A DNA stretch of 64,000 bases from Halorussus marinus (GTDB taxonomy: Archaea; Halobacteriota; Halobacteria; Halobacteriales; Haladaptataceae). The translations under genes and the position numbers were made by a program. Below, one piece after another: positions 8,940-17,254 of this stretch. Every line of letters starts with the position of its first letter. The stretch's first letter is position 1. The DNA is taken from the NCBI RefSeq assembly GCF_004765795.1, contig NZ_SBIV01000007.1, positions 62,001 to 126,000 of the forward strand. The letters run 5' to 3'. The notes under the pieces are model-generated. The model saw nothing but the letters and a program-made list of their open reading frames with translations, did no database searches and had not been told where the DNA came from.

Positions 8940-11375
8940 TCAGTCCGAGTGTGCGGGAGATCCAAGTTGATCGTTGCCTTCGCTAGAGTCGGTTGCAGCC
9001 ACCTGATCACCGTTCGCCGAGAGCAGGTGGCGCTTCGAGTTGAAGACGACGATGAGACTACTGACCGCCATCATAACGGCGGCGATCAACGGCGTGATCA
9101 CGCCAGTCATTGCCAGTGGAAGCGCGATCGCGTTGTAGCCAGCCGCCCAGAGCAGGTTCTGTTTGATTCGGCCTCGTGTTTCACTCGCCAGCTCGAAGAC
9201 CTCAGGAACGGCGTCGAGACGGTCGTCCAGTACTACCGCGTCGGCCGCCTCGATCGCCAGATCGGTGCCGCTCGAGACCGCGATCCCGAGGTCTGCGCTC
9301 GCGAGGGCGGGCGCGTCGTTCGTTCCATCGCCGATCATTGTCGTCGTCCCGCGCTCCCGGAGACCCTGGACGATCGCTTCCTTGGACTCGGGGCGCACGC
9401 CTGCAAATACGTGATCGATCGCTGGATGGTTTGCAAATGTTTCGGTCATCCGTTCGTCGTCGCCGGTCAGCACGACGATTTCCCGGTCCGCATCCGTGAG
9501 ATCGGAAACCACGCGTTCCCAGTTCTCACGCGGCGTATCTCGGACCGAGACGATCCCCTGGACGACACCCTCCCAGGCAATCGCCGTCGGATGATTGCCC
9601 GATTCGTAGGCGTCCGTGACGGCTGTCTCGATCTCTGCAGGTATCGTCCACTCGTCGGCGTCAAAGGAGTCTGGATGGCCGATAACCACGCGGGTATCGT
9701 CGACGAGGGCTGACACGGTACGGTCGGCGCTCTCGAAACGCGACACAGAGCGTGTGGTCGGCGGGGCGGCATCGTCGATCGCAGCGGCGATGGGGTGGCT
9801 CGACCGGCGTTCGACGGCGGCCGCCATCGCAAGCACTTCGTCAGGATCGTCGCCAGCGACGTCCACAAGCTCCATCTCCCCCGTGGTGAGCGTCCCAGTC
9901 TTGTCGAACACGACGACCGCGGAGTCGTCGATCCGCTCGAGCACTGTCTCGTTGAGAACGAGTATGCGATTATCGGTGGCATCGCGGGTGGCCGCCGCGA
10001 GTGCAAGCGGGGTCGCGATCCCGAGCGAGCACGGACACGAGACCACTAACACAGAGACACCGACCATTATAGCTGTATTCGGGTCGTTGCCGAGGACGAA
10101 CCAGCCAGTGGCAGTTAGCACGGCAAGCCCGAGTACGAACGGAACGAACAGTACCGCAAAGCGGTTGACAATATGCTGGACACCCGTCGCAGAACTCTTG
10201 ACGTTCCAGAGGAGTTCGACGAGGCGATCCATCGTGCTGGTGTTTTCTGGACCAACTTCGACGACAACCGCATTGTCTGTGGGGATCGACCCGCCGAGTA
10301 CAGTGTCCCCGACGGATTTCCGTTGCGGGAGAGATTCACCTGTGACGAGTGCCTCGTCGATCGCGGCAGTCCCGTCGACAATCTGGCCGTCGACTGGGAC
10401 CCGTTCGCCAGGTTTGACTAACAGGTGATCGCCAGGCTCACACGCTTCAATGTCGATGGTTTCGGTGGCCTCGCTGTCGTCGTCGAGCCGGCGGGCGTCA
10501 TCGACGCGTGAATCTGTGAGGTCAGCGCGATTGCCGAGTGCAGCGCGTTTGACCCGTGACTCAATATGGTTGCCGATAGTGACGATCGCGAGCACCATCA
10601 CTGCGACGTCGAAGTACGGGTCGCGCCCGCCCGTGAGGTAGGTGGCCAGCGAGTAGAGGTACGCTGCGAGCACCGCGATGGCGATCAACACGTCCATGTT
10701 CGGGCGACCGACTTTCAGGCTCACATAGGCCCCACGGAAGATCGGATATCCCAACCCGATGACGATGAGCGTACTCCAGACAGCGAGGGGCGCGAACACC
10801 ATCGCCTCAACGGTACTCCCGTAGAGAAAGCTCTCGGGATAGATGCCGAGGTATACCGGATAGATGAACAGGACGTAGAGAATCAACACGGGCATCATCA
10901 GTACCGCCGCGAGCACTGCACGGTATTTGCCGAACTCGACGCGCGAACGCAGCGAGTCGTTTTCCTCGTCAGGACCGTGGGCCTGATAGCCCAGTCGACT
11001 GAGTGCAGCGGAGATCGCGTTACGGTCGATCTGGGCAGGATCGTACACCACCTGCGCCATTTCAGTGGCGTAGCTCGCACGCGCCTCGTGAACACCGTCC
11101 TCTTCCTCGGCAAGGAGTTCGATGAATCCTTCGCAGGTCTGACAGTGCATTCCGTCGATCGAGAGGTAAGCCGTTTCGGCATCCTCGGGGACATCCGGTC
11201 GAGAATCCTCAGCCTCGACGCGGTCACGGACGGCCGCAATCGAGAGGTCGACGTCCTCACCGTTGTCAACCAGGCGTGCGACCTCTAGACAGCCCCCACA
11301 GCAGAATTCGCCGTCGATGGCCTCGTCGATGATTGGGTCTTCGGCGGGGAGGTCACAGAGTGTGCAGGTGGACAT
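8940..11375 (-). CDS. P1B-1 (Cu+) P-type ATPase, FixI/CcoI-like
   Basis: N-terminal CxxC...CCxGC, HMA motif MHCQTC, TGES, CPC, DKTGT, HP, GDGTNDAP, and YN plus MxxSS in the last TMs. Confidence 0.92.
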   Translation of the reverse strand: MSTCTLCDLPAEDPIIDEAIDGEFCCGGCLEVARLVDNGEDVDLSIAAVRDRVEAEDSRPDVPEDAETAYLSIDGMHCQTCEGFIELLAEEEDGVHEARASYATEMAQVVYDPAQIDRNAISAALSRLGYQAHGPDEENDSLRSRVEFGKYRAVLAAVLMMPVLILYVLFIYPVYLGIYPESFLYGSTVEAMVFAPLAVWSTLIVIGLGYPIFRGAYVSLKVGRPNMDVLIAIAVLAAYLYSLATYLTGGRDPYFDVAVMVLAIVTIGNHIESRVKRAALGNRADLTDSRVDDARRLDDDSEATETIDIEACEPGDHLLVKPGERVPVDGQIVDGTAAIDEALVTGESLPQRKSVGDTVLGGSIPTDNAVVVEVGPENTSTMDRLVELLWNVKSSATGVQHIVNRFAVLFVPFVLGLAVLTATGWFVLGNDPNTAIMVGVSVLVVSCPCSLGIATPLALAAATRDATDNRILVLNETVLERIDDSAVVVFDKTGTLTTGEMELVDVAGDDPDEVLAMAAAVERRSSHPIAAAIDDAAPPTTRSVSRFESADRTVSALVDDTRVVIGHPDSFDADEWTIPAEIETAVTDAYESGNHPTAIAWEGVVQGIVSVRDTPRENWERVVSDLTDADREIVVLTGDDERMTETFANHPAIDHVFAGVRPESKEAIVQGLRERGTTTMIGDGTNDAPALASADLGIAVSSGTDLAIEAADAVVLDDRLDAVPEVFELASETRGRIKQNLLWAAGYNAIALPLAMTGVITPLIAAVMMAVSSLIVVFNSKRHLLSANGDQVAATDSSEGNDQLGSPAHSD

Positions 11376-11376
11376 G

Positions 11377-12228
11377 TTACGCAACCGCCTCCGAGCCGGA
11401 GATTGGTTGATAGTACGGGATGTCGGGCAACGGGAGCACGACGCCAAACCGCATGAGCCCCATCGCTAACAGGACGTATCCGAGCCCAATGAACAACACA
11501 CCGAGTCCATAGTGGACCACCTGTCGCTGGCGGGCGCTTACTGACTGGATCACCGTTCCGTAGAGGAACACACTAGGAATCGTCCCGAGCCCAAGCGCGG
11601 CGAGCGAGAGGAGACCATATACAGGCGAGCCCTGTGCGAACGCATACAGGAATGCGGGATAGAGAAGCATACACGGCAACAACCCATGAAGCGCGCCAAG
11701 CCCGACGATGCCGATGCCGTTGACCCAGCGGTCGATCCGTGTCGAGATCACTGTGTAGGTTCGCGCGAATACTGATCCGATACCAGTATCGGCAATCACA
11801 CCTTCGACGGCTCCTTGTTGGTAGCCGGCCAATCGGGTGATCCCCATCCCGAGGATTGCCACGCCGATGCAGATGCCGACGACACCTTGGACTGGCCCGA
11901 GAATCCCGGCGAGCCCGATCGTCCCATAGAGCAGCGCGCCAGCAGCCCCGAAGACAGCCCCGATGAGGGCGTAGCTCATCGTCCGGCCGAGGTTGAACAG
12001 CGCGTGCTGCCGCACTTCATAGAGAGTGAGTGCGCCAGACCAGCGGTCGTCGGTTTCCATACGCTCGGCGTAGGTTGCAACGAGCGGGCCGCACATTCCA
12101 ATACAGTGTGCACCGCCGAGGAGACCAATCAGAAAAAACACCACCAGTCCGTAGCCACTCGCGATGCCGATCTCACTCAGTTGTACTAGGACTGCCGAGA
12201 TCATACTCACGGCTGGCAAAGCCAGCAT
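11377..12228 (-). CDS. DsbD_2/TauE-like membrane protein
   Basis: HCIGMCG and GLLPC motifs. Stop lies 1 nt before the ATPase start. Confidence 0.85.
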   Translation of the reverse strand: MLALPAVSMISAVLVQLSEIGIASGYGLVVFFLIGLLGGAHCIGMCGPLVATYAERMETDDRWSGALTLYEVRQHALFNLGRTMSYALIGAVFGAAGALLYGTIGLAGILGPVQGVVGICIGVAILGMGITRLAGYQQGAVEGVIADTGIGSVFARTYTVISTRIDRWVNGIGIVGLGALHGLLPCMLLYPAFLYAFAQGSPVYGLLSLAALGLGTIPSVFLYGTVIQSVSARQRQVVHYGLGVLFIGLGYVLLAMGLMRFGVVLPLPDIPYYQPISGSEAVA

Positions 12229-12301
12229 AGATTAGAGTATACCACCCGTCCTGTGTAGTTGGTTTCGGTTCGGGCCGTGACTTCGAAGGTCACTGATGAG
12301 A

Positions 12302-13689
12302 GTGAATGTTACCCCGCGCACGGTGGCGCGGGGAATCCTGCTCTCACGAGGGCAGGCTTCCTGTTTCGATGACGTGACGTGCAGACACAAACTCAAACTG
12401 AGTCGTGTCCGTAGCGGTCACAGTCTCCACAGGCGTGTCTTCGGGCCATCCCAGCCCTAGTTCAGCAAAGCCGCGTTGGAGGATGTTCATTGCCGCGTTC
12501 GCATCTCTGTCCGTCTCGAACCCACAACTCGGACAGGAGTGTTCCCGAACCCAGATTGGCTTCAGCGTCGCCACATCACATCGGGCGCACTCCTTCGTGG
12601 TTCCCTTCGTCTCGACCTGCACGACGTGTGTGCCGTACAAGTTTGCTTTGTATTCAAGAATCTGGATGAACTGTCGCCATGCCGCATCCTGCTTGTTGCG
12701 AGCGTTGCCGTCGCCCTGAAGCATCCTCTTTACGTCGAGGTCTTCCACGAACACGGCGTCGTACTCGTTGACGAGCCACGTCGTAAGTTTGTGCTGATAG
12801 TCCAGTACTTTCCGGCGAATCCGGTACTTCACTTTGGCGACCTTCTGGCGTTGCTTCTCGTAGTTGCGACTCCCGTGGTCTTTCCGCGAGAGTTTTCGTT
12901 GCTCGCGCCGCAGACACTCGTAGTCGTCTTCGAGATCGAGCCAATCCACGGTTTTGCCATCGCTGGTATGGATGTAGTTCAGGATACCGAGGTCAATCCC
13001 GACGCTATTGCTCGCATCCAGCGAGTCAACGTCGGGCTTCTCGGGGAGGTCGGCGTCTTCGGTTTCCAGCCCGAAGGAGACGAACCACTCGCCAGTCGTC
13101 TCTTTTTTGAATGTGACTTCTTTGATGGTGGCGTGGTCTGGAATCGATCGGGAGTATCGGATTTTCACCCAGCCGATTTTACTGAAGCGGACGTATGCGT
13201 ACTTGTCGTGGCCCCTCTTTTCATCGAGGTCGAAACCAGACTGATTGTACGTCACGCTTCGATATTCGGCGGGTGCTTGCCGTTTGAGACGACCGACGCT
13301 GTACCCCTTTTCTTTGAGTTCACTCAGGACGGTGAGATTGTGATGGAAGCGGGCGACGGTGGCTTGTGCGGCCTTCGAGTGTAGTTCACCGAACACCGGC
13401 CACCGTTGCTTCCACTCAGGGAGTTTGTTGTTCTGGTCGTACTCACTCGGCCTGTCGTCTTCGGGACTGTTCTCGTAGTCCCAGCGGACGTGGTTGTAGA
13501 GTTGGCGATGAACATCGAGATGGTGTTCCAGTCGTTCCGCTACCTCTTGTGTCGGATAGGCGTGGTAGCGGTGACTGTATTCCATTGACGTCTGTTGATT
13601 ACCGATGTGTTCACTTAATGGTTTGTACCACGAGTTGTCGGCTTCATCCCCGACCACGGCGGGTCGGGGTATTCGCCTCGCTGACCAGT
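12302..13689 (-). mobile_element. IS200/IS605-family element, IS1341-type (tnpB only)
   Basis: Subterminal hairpins ccccgacc-6-ggtcgggg (13648-13669, left end) and ccccgcgc-6-gcgcgggg (12312-12333, right end). Minus strand shows TTTAT just outside the left end and TTCAC at the right end. Junctions are inferred to within a few nt. Confidence 0.85.
12344..13585 (-). CDS. tnpB: TnpB RNA-guided endonuclease
   Basis: RuvC triad GIDLG / VEDL / DRDANAA and Zn ribbon CARC...CPSC. 413 aa, uninterrupted. Confidence 0.95.
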   Translation of the reverse strand: MEYSHRYHAYPTQEVAERLEHHLDVHRQLYNHVRWDYENSPEDDRPSEYDQNNKLPEWKQRWPVFGELHSKAAQATVARFHHNLTVLSELKEKGYSVGRLKRQAPAEYRSVTYNQSGFDLDEKRGHDKYAYVRFSKIGWVKIRYSRSIPDHATIKEVTFKKETTGEWFVSFGLETEDADLPEKPDVDSLDASNSVGIDLGILNYIHTSDGKTVDWLDLEDDYECLRREQRKLSRKDHGSRNYEKQRQKVAKVKYRIRRKVLDYQHKLTTWLVNEYDAVFVEDLDVKRMLQGDGNARNKQDAAWRQFIQILEYKANLYGTHVVQVETKGTTKECARCDVATLKPIWVREHSCPSCGFETDRDANAAMNILQRGFAELGLGWPEDTPVETVTATDTTQFEFVSARHVIETGSLPS

Positions 13690-13725
13690 ATAAATAGGAA
13701 CACACAGCCCGAATGTTCATTAGAT

Positions 13726-15171
13726 ATGCCCGAATTCATGCAGCGATCGGCACGGGAACTTGCGTCTGAAATCCGTACTGGACGTCTATCTGCCCTTGCC
13801 CTCCTCGAGTCAACCCTAGAGCGTATCGGAGCAATCGATGATTTGAACGCGTTCATCACGATCACTGAGAAATCGGCACGGGAGCGTGCTCACGCGGCCG
13901 ACGCTGCAGCGGCCCGTGGAGAAGACCTCGGCCCACTTCACGGTGTGCCAGTCGCAATCAAAGATCTTCGGAGCCGGAAAGAGGGTGTCAGGAATACAAT
14001 GGGACTCGCACCATTGGCCGATAACGTGGCCGACGAGGATTCCATCACAGTCGAACGACTAGAAGCTGCCGGTGCCGTCATCGTCGGTACGACCAACACA
14101 CCGGCACTCGGTCACACTATTAAGACAGAGAATCGGCTTGTTGGAGCGACCCCGACCCCGTTCGACCCCGATCATTCCGCTGGCGGCTCATCTGGTGGCT
14201 CGGCAGCGGCGCTTGCGGCGGGTATAGTACCGCTTGCCACCGGGTCGGATATCGGTGGCTCGCTCCGGGTTCCGGCCTCCTGTTGTAACGTCATCGGGCT
14301 GAAACCGACGTTCGGGCTTGTTCCCGAACGTATCCCATTCGACGGATTCGGCACCCACTCTCCATTTTTTGTGGGTGGGCCGATGGCACGAACAGTTGAG
14401 GACACAGCTCTCTTACTCGATGTCCTCGCAGGCTATGACGACCGAGACCCATTTAGTGTGCCCCGTTCAGAGACGGAATACGTCGAGGCCACTAACCGGC
14501 CGACTTCTGAGCTATCGGTTGCGTACAGTCCGAATCTGGATTTACAACCAGTTGCATCGGCAGTGCGTGAAACAGTTGATGCTGCCGTCACGGACCTAGC
14601 GGCCGGCGGTGCGACAGTCGATACTGTAGACGTCTCGCTCCCGTCGTATGAAGAGCTCTCGATGGCATACGTCACGCAGGTTGGCGCCTTCTTCAGTGCA
14701 TTCGCTCAACAAATCGAAGACCGGTACGACATCGACTTCGAGACGGCAGATGTCGAAGACACGGTTCGATCGACGATCGCATTAGGAACAGAGACCGACG
14801 CTGCCGACAATCGATTACAGAACGCGCCACGGACTGATGCATACGATGGCATTCAGGACGCGCTGACTGGCTACGACGTTCTCGTGACACCCACTCTTAC
14901 CGTCCCACCGTTCAGCAAGCATCTCACCGACGGCTATCCAACGGAAATCAACGGTCAATCCGTGATTGGTGTCCCGACAGACGTGATGTTGACATGGGTG
15001 TTCAATATGACTGGCCACCCTGTGGCGTCAGTTCCTGCTGGGATTACCGACAACGGGCTTCCAGTTGGATTACAGATTGTTGGCCGGCGGTTTGCTGAAG
15101 CAGATATTTTGAGCGTCGCTGCAGCGCTTGAACGATGCCGGCCGTGGATGGATCAGTATCCTGTACGGTGA
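13726..15171 (+). CDS. Amidase signature-family protein
   Basis: GPLHGVPVAIKD, GGSSGGSAAA and GSDIGGSLRVPA. The track's 5' extension runs into the IS and was trimmed. Confidence 0.92.
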   Translation: MPEFMQRSARELASEIRTGRLSALALLESTLERIGAIDDLNAFITITEKSARERAHAADAAAARGEDLGPLHGVPVAIKDLRSRKEGVRNTMGLAPLADNVADEDSITVERLEAAGAVIVGTTNTPALGHTIKTENRLVGATPTPFDPDHSAGGSSGGSAAALAAGIVPLATGSDIGGSLRVPASCCNVIGLKPTFGLVPERIPFDGFGTHSPFFVGGPMARTVEDTALLLDVLAGYDDRDPFSVPRSETEYVEATNRPTSELSVAYSPNLDLQPVASAVRETVDAAVTDLAAGGATVDTVDVSLPSYEELSMAYVTQVGAFFSAFAQQIEDRYDIDFETADVEDTVRSTIALGTETDAADNRLQNAPRTDAYDGIQDALTGYDVLVTPTLTVPPFSKHLTDGYPTEINGQSVIGVPTDVMLTWVFNMTGHPVASVPAGITDNGLPVGLQIVGRRFAEADILSVAAALERCRPWMDQYPVR

Positions 15172-15276
15172 ACTGACCAGTCATCGGTGGCTGACACAGC
15201 GTCTGAATCTCTTGAGCAGTTCCCGAGATCAAACACAGTAACTGGTTTTCTCATTGTGCGAAATTATTTTTCATTC

Positions 15277-15690
15277 CTATAGAAGACTGCTTACTATATC
15301 AGCGAGATATACTTGGACAGCCCCAAATGTGACTCGCATAGTAGCGGCCCCAAATCCAAGAGCGATGAAACTCATAATGACAACGAAATTGGCCTTCGAA
15401 TCGTTGGGGCTAAGCAGGAGCGTGAGTACAGCAAGCGTTCCCGCCATCGTACTGATGAAGAATCCTGCCAGAAATGACAAACCCGTGAAAAATGGGTCAG
15501 TGAAATCCATCACGGAGTACGCTGGATCATAGATCCCGACGACGGATAAGCTAAAGCCGATGACGACGTATCCAACAAAGCAGATAGTAACGAGGAAAGC
15601 CCCGGGGCTAGCAAGTTGATACAGTCGAAATAGTCCTCGTTCAAGCGGGGTGGTTGGCTGTCGAATCCGTCTGAATGGTCGATGATCCAT
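15277..15690 (-). CDS. Hypothetical membrane protein (~3 TM)
   Basis: 137 aa, hydrophobic. ATG lies 5 nt after the gdh stop. Confidence 0.6.
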   Translation of the reverse strand: MDHRPFRRIRQPTTPLERGLFRLYQLASPGAFLVTICFVGYVVIGFSLSVVGIYDPAYSVMDFTDPFFTGLSFLAGFFISTMAGTLAVLTLLLSPNDSKANFVVIMSFIALGFGAATMRVTFGAVQVYLADIVSSLL

Positions 15691-15694
15691 CTCC

Positions 15695-17002
15695 CTACGG
15701 CCAGAGCCCCCGCGCCTCGTGGGCTTCAGCGATTCGTGAGAGTGCGACAATATAGGCAGCATCGCGCCACGTGACGTCGCGGTTCTCGTATTCGTCTTTG
15801 ACTGCTCGCCAGGCAGCCTGCATCTCCGCTTCGAGTTCATCGTTGACTCGTTCGAGCGACCACGCTCGCCGATTAATGTCCTGGAGCCACTCGAAATAAC
15901 TCACCGTGACACCGCCTGCGTTGGCGAGAATATCGGGAATCACGGCGACATCCCGGTCGGCGAGAATCGAATCAGCCGTAGACGTCGTCGGGCCGTTCGC
16001 GCCCTCGACGACGAGATCGGCGGCGATTGCTTCCGCGTTCTCTTTCGTGATCACGTTCCCCAGGGCGGCCGGAATGAGGACATCGACGTCGAGGGTGAGA
16101 AGCTCCTCGTTCGAAATCACGGTGTCCGCGTACGTGGTGACGGCTTCCGGCTCTTCGTCGTGGGACGGAACTGAAGCTGTATCGATTCCGTCCGGCTCGT
16201 ACATCGCTCCATTCACATCGCTGATCGCGACGATGGTCGCGCCCCACTTGTCGAGGAGTCGGGCCGCATTCGCTCCGACGCTCCCGTACCCCTGAACTGC
16301 CACAGTGGTCTCATCGAGCGGCTGGTCGTAGTACTCGCAGACCAACTGTGTGATGATCGCAACGCTCCGTCCGGGGGCTTCTTCACGCCCTTCGCTGCCG
16401 CCGACCACTGGCGGTTTTCCGGTGACGACGCCCGGTGTTGTCTCGCCTTCCTGCATCGAGTACGCGTCCATCAACCACGCCATCGTCTGCGGATCCGTCC
16501 CCATATCCGGAGCGGGGATATCTTGGTTGGGCCCGATAACGTCGCGAATTTCTTGTGTGAACCGACGGGTGAGCCGCTCCTTCTCTTCCGGACTCAGCTC
16601 CTTCGGGTTGACCGCGACACCACCCTTGGCTCCGCCGAACGGGAGGTCCATGACGGCGCATTTCCAGGTCATCCACATGCCGAGGCCAACACACTCGTCT
16701 CTGGTCACGTCGGGGTGGTATCGCAACCCGCCCTTGTATGGCCCTCTGACGCTGTCGTGCTGCGCGCGGTAGCCCGTGAACACCTCGACCGTGCCGTCAT
16801 CCCGTTCGATGGGGATCGTCACCTCGTGGACCTTTTTGGGATATTTGAGCCGTTCGACGATGTTCTGGTCGATATCGAGATAGCTGGCAGCATGGTACAA
16901 CTGGCGGCGGGCGGTTTCGAGTGCCGATTCGGGTTCGGTCGAATCTGCCGCCTCGTCGCCTGACTCGTCGTGGGTGCTATCAGATTTCGATGCCATGGTC
17001 AT
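15695..17002 (-). CDS. gdh: Glutamate dehydrogenase (GdhX-like)
   Basis: [39 protein letters not shown] and [12 protein letters not shown]. Confidence 0.97.
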   Translation of the reverse strand: MTMASKSDSTHDESGDEAADSTEPESALETARRQLYHAASYLDIDQNIVERLKYPKKVHEVTIPIERDDGTVEVFTGYRAQHDSVRGPYKGGLRYHPDVTRDECVGLGMWMTWKCAVMDLPFGGAKGGVAVNPKELSPEEKERLTRRFTQEIRDVIGPNQDIPAPDMGTDPQTMAWLMDAYSMQEGETTPGVVTGKPPVVGGSEGREEAPGRSVAIITQLVCEYYDQPLDETTVAVQGYGSVGANAARLLDKWGATIVAISDVNGAMYEPDGIDTASVPSHDEEPEAVTTYADTVISNEELLTLDVDVLIPAALGNVITKENAEAIAADLVVEGANGPTTSTADSILADRDVAVIPDILANAGGVTVSYFEWLQDINRRAWSLERVNDELEAEMQAAWRAVKDEYENRDVTWRDAAYIVALSRIAEAHEARGLWP

Positions 17003-17142
17003 TCGAGCGGCATTCGACGGTTTCGCATCGGGCCGCTACAGTCGGGACACTGGCCCGGGCTATCCTCCGCGATGATGATTTTGCCACATTCGAAGCACTC
17101 GTAGGGGGTTTCTTCGTCTGATTCAGGGTCGACATCTTTCAT
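16999..17142 (-). CDS. 47-aa CxxC...CPxC zinc-finger microprotein (not in ORF track)
   Basis: Hand translation gives [47 protein letters not shown]. Its stop overlaps the gdh ATG (ATGA). Confidence 0.85.
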   Translation of the reverse strand: MKDVDPESDEETPYECFECGKIIIAEDSPGQCPDCSGPMRNRRMPLE

Positions 17143-17254
17143 TGTGAGTTCACGAGTGCCGCCAGGCGGAGTGGCGCACTCTATAAGGTGTAATAAGTGT
17201 ATAAGGAAATACTCGGCAGTTGATTACCAAACAGCACTCCAACCAGTGGATTTG

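Noticed and set aside
13366..13725. N-terminal extensions of the amidase (601 aa) and TnpB (458 aa)
   Set aside because: They read through the IS left end. Better starts lie at 13726 and 13585.
15175..15255. Possible IS-end remnants after the amidase, and similarly at 8865-8920
   Set aside because: No paired inverted repeat or transposase fragment that I could support.
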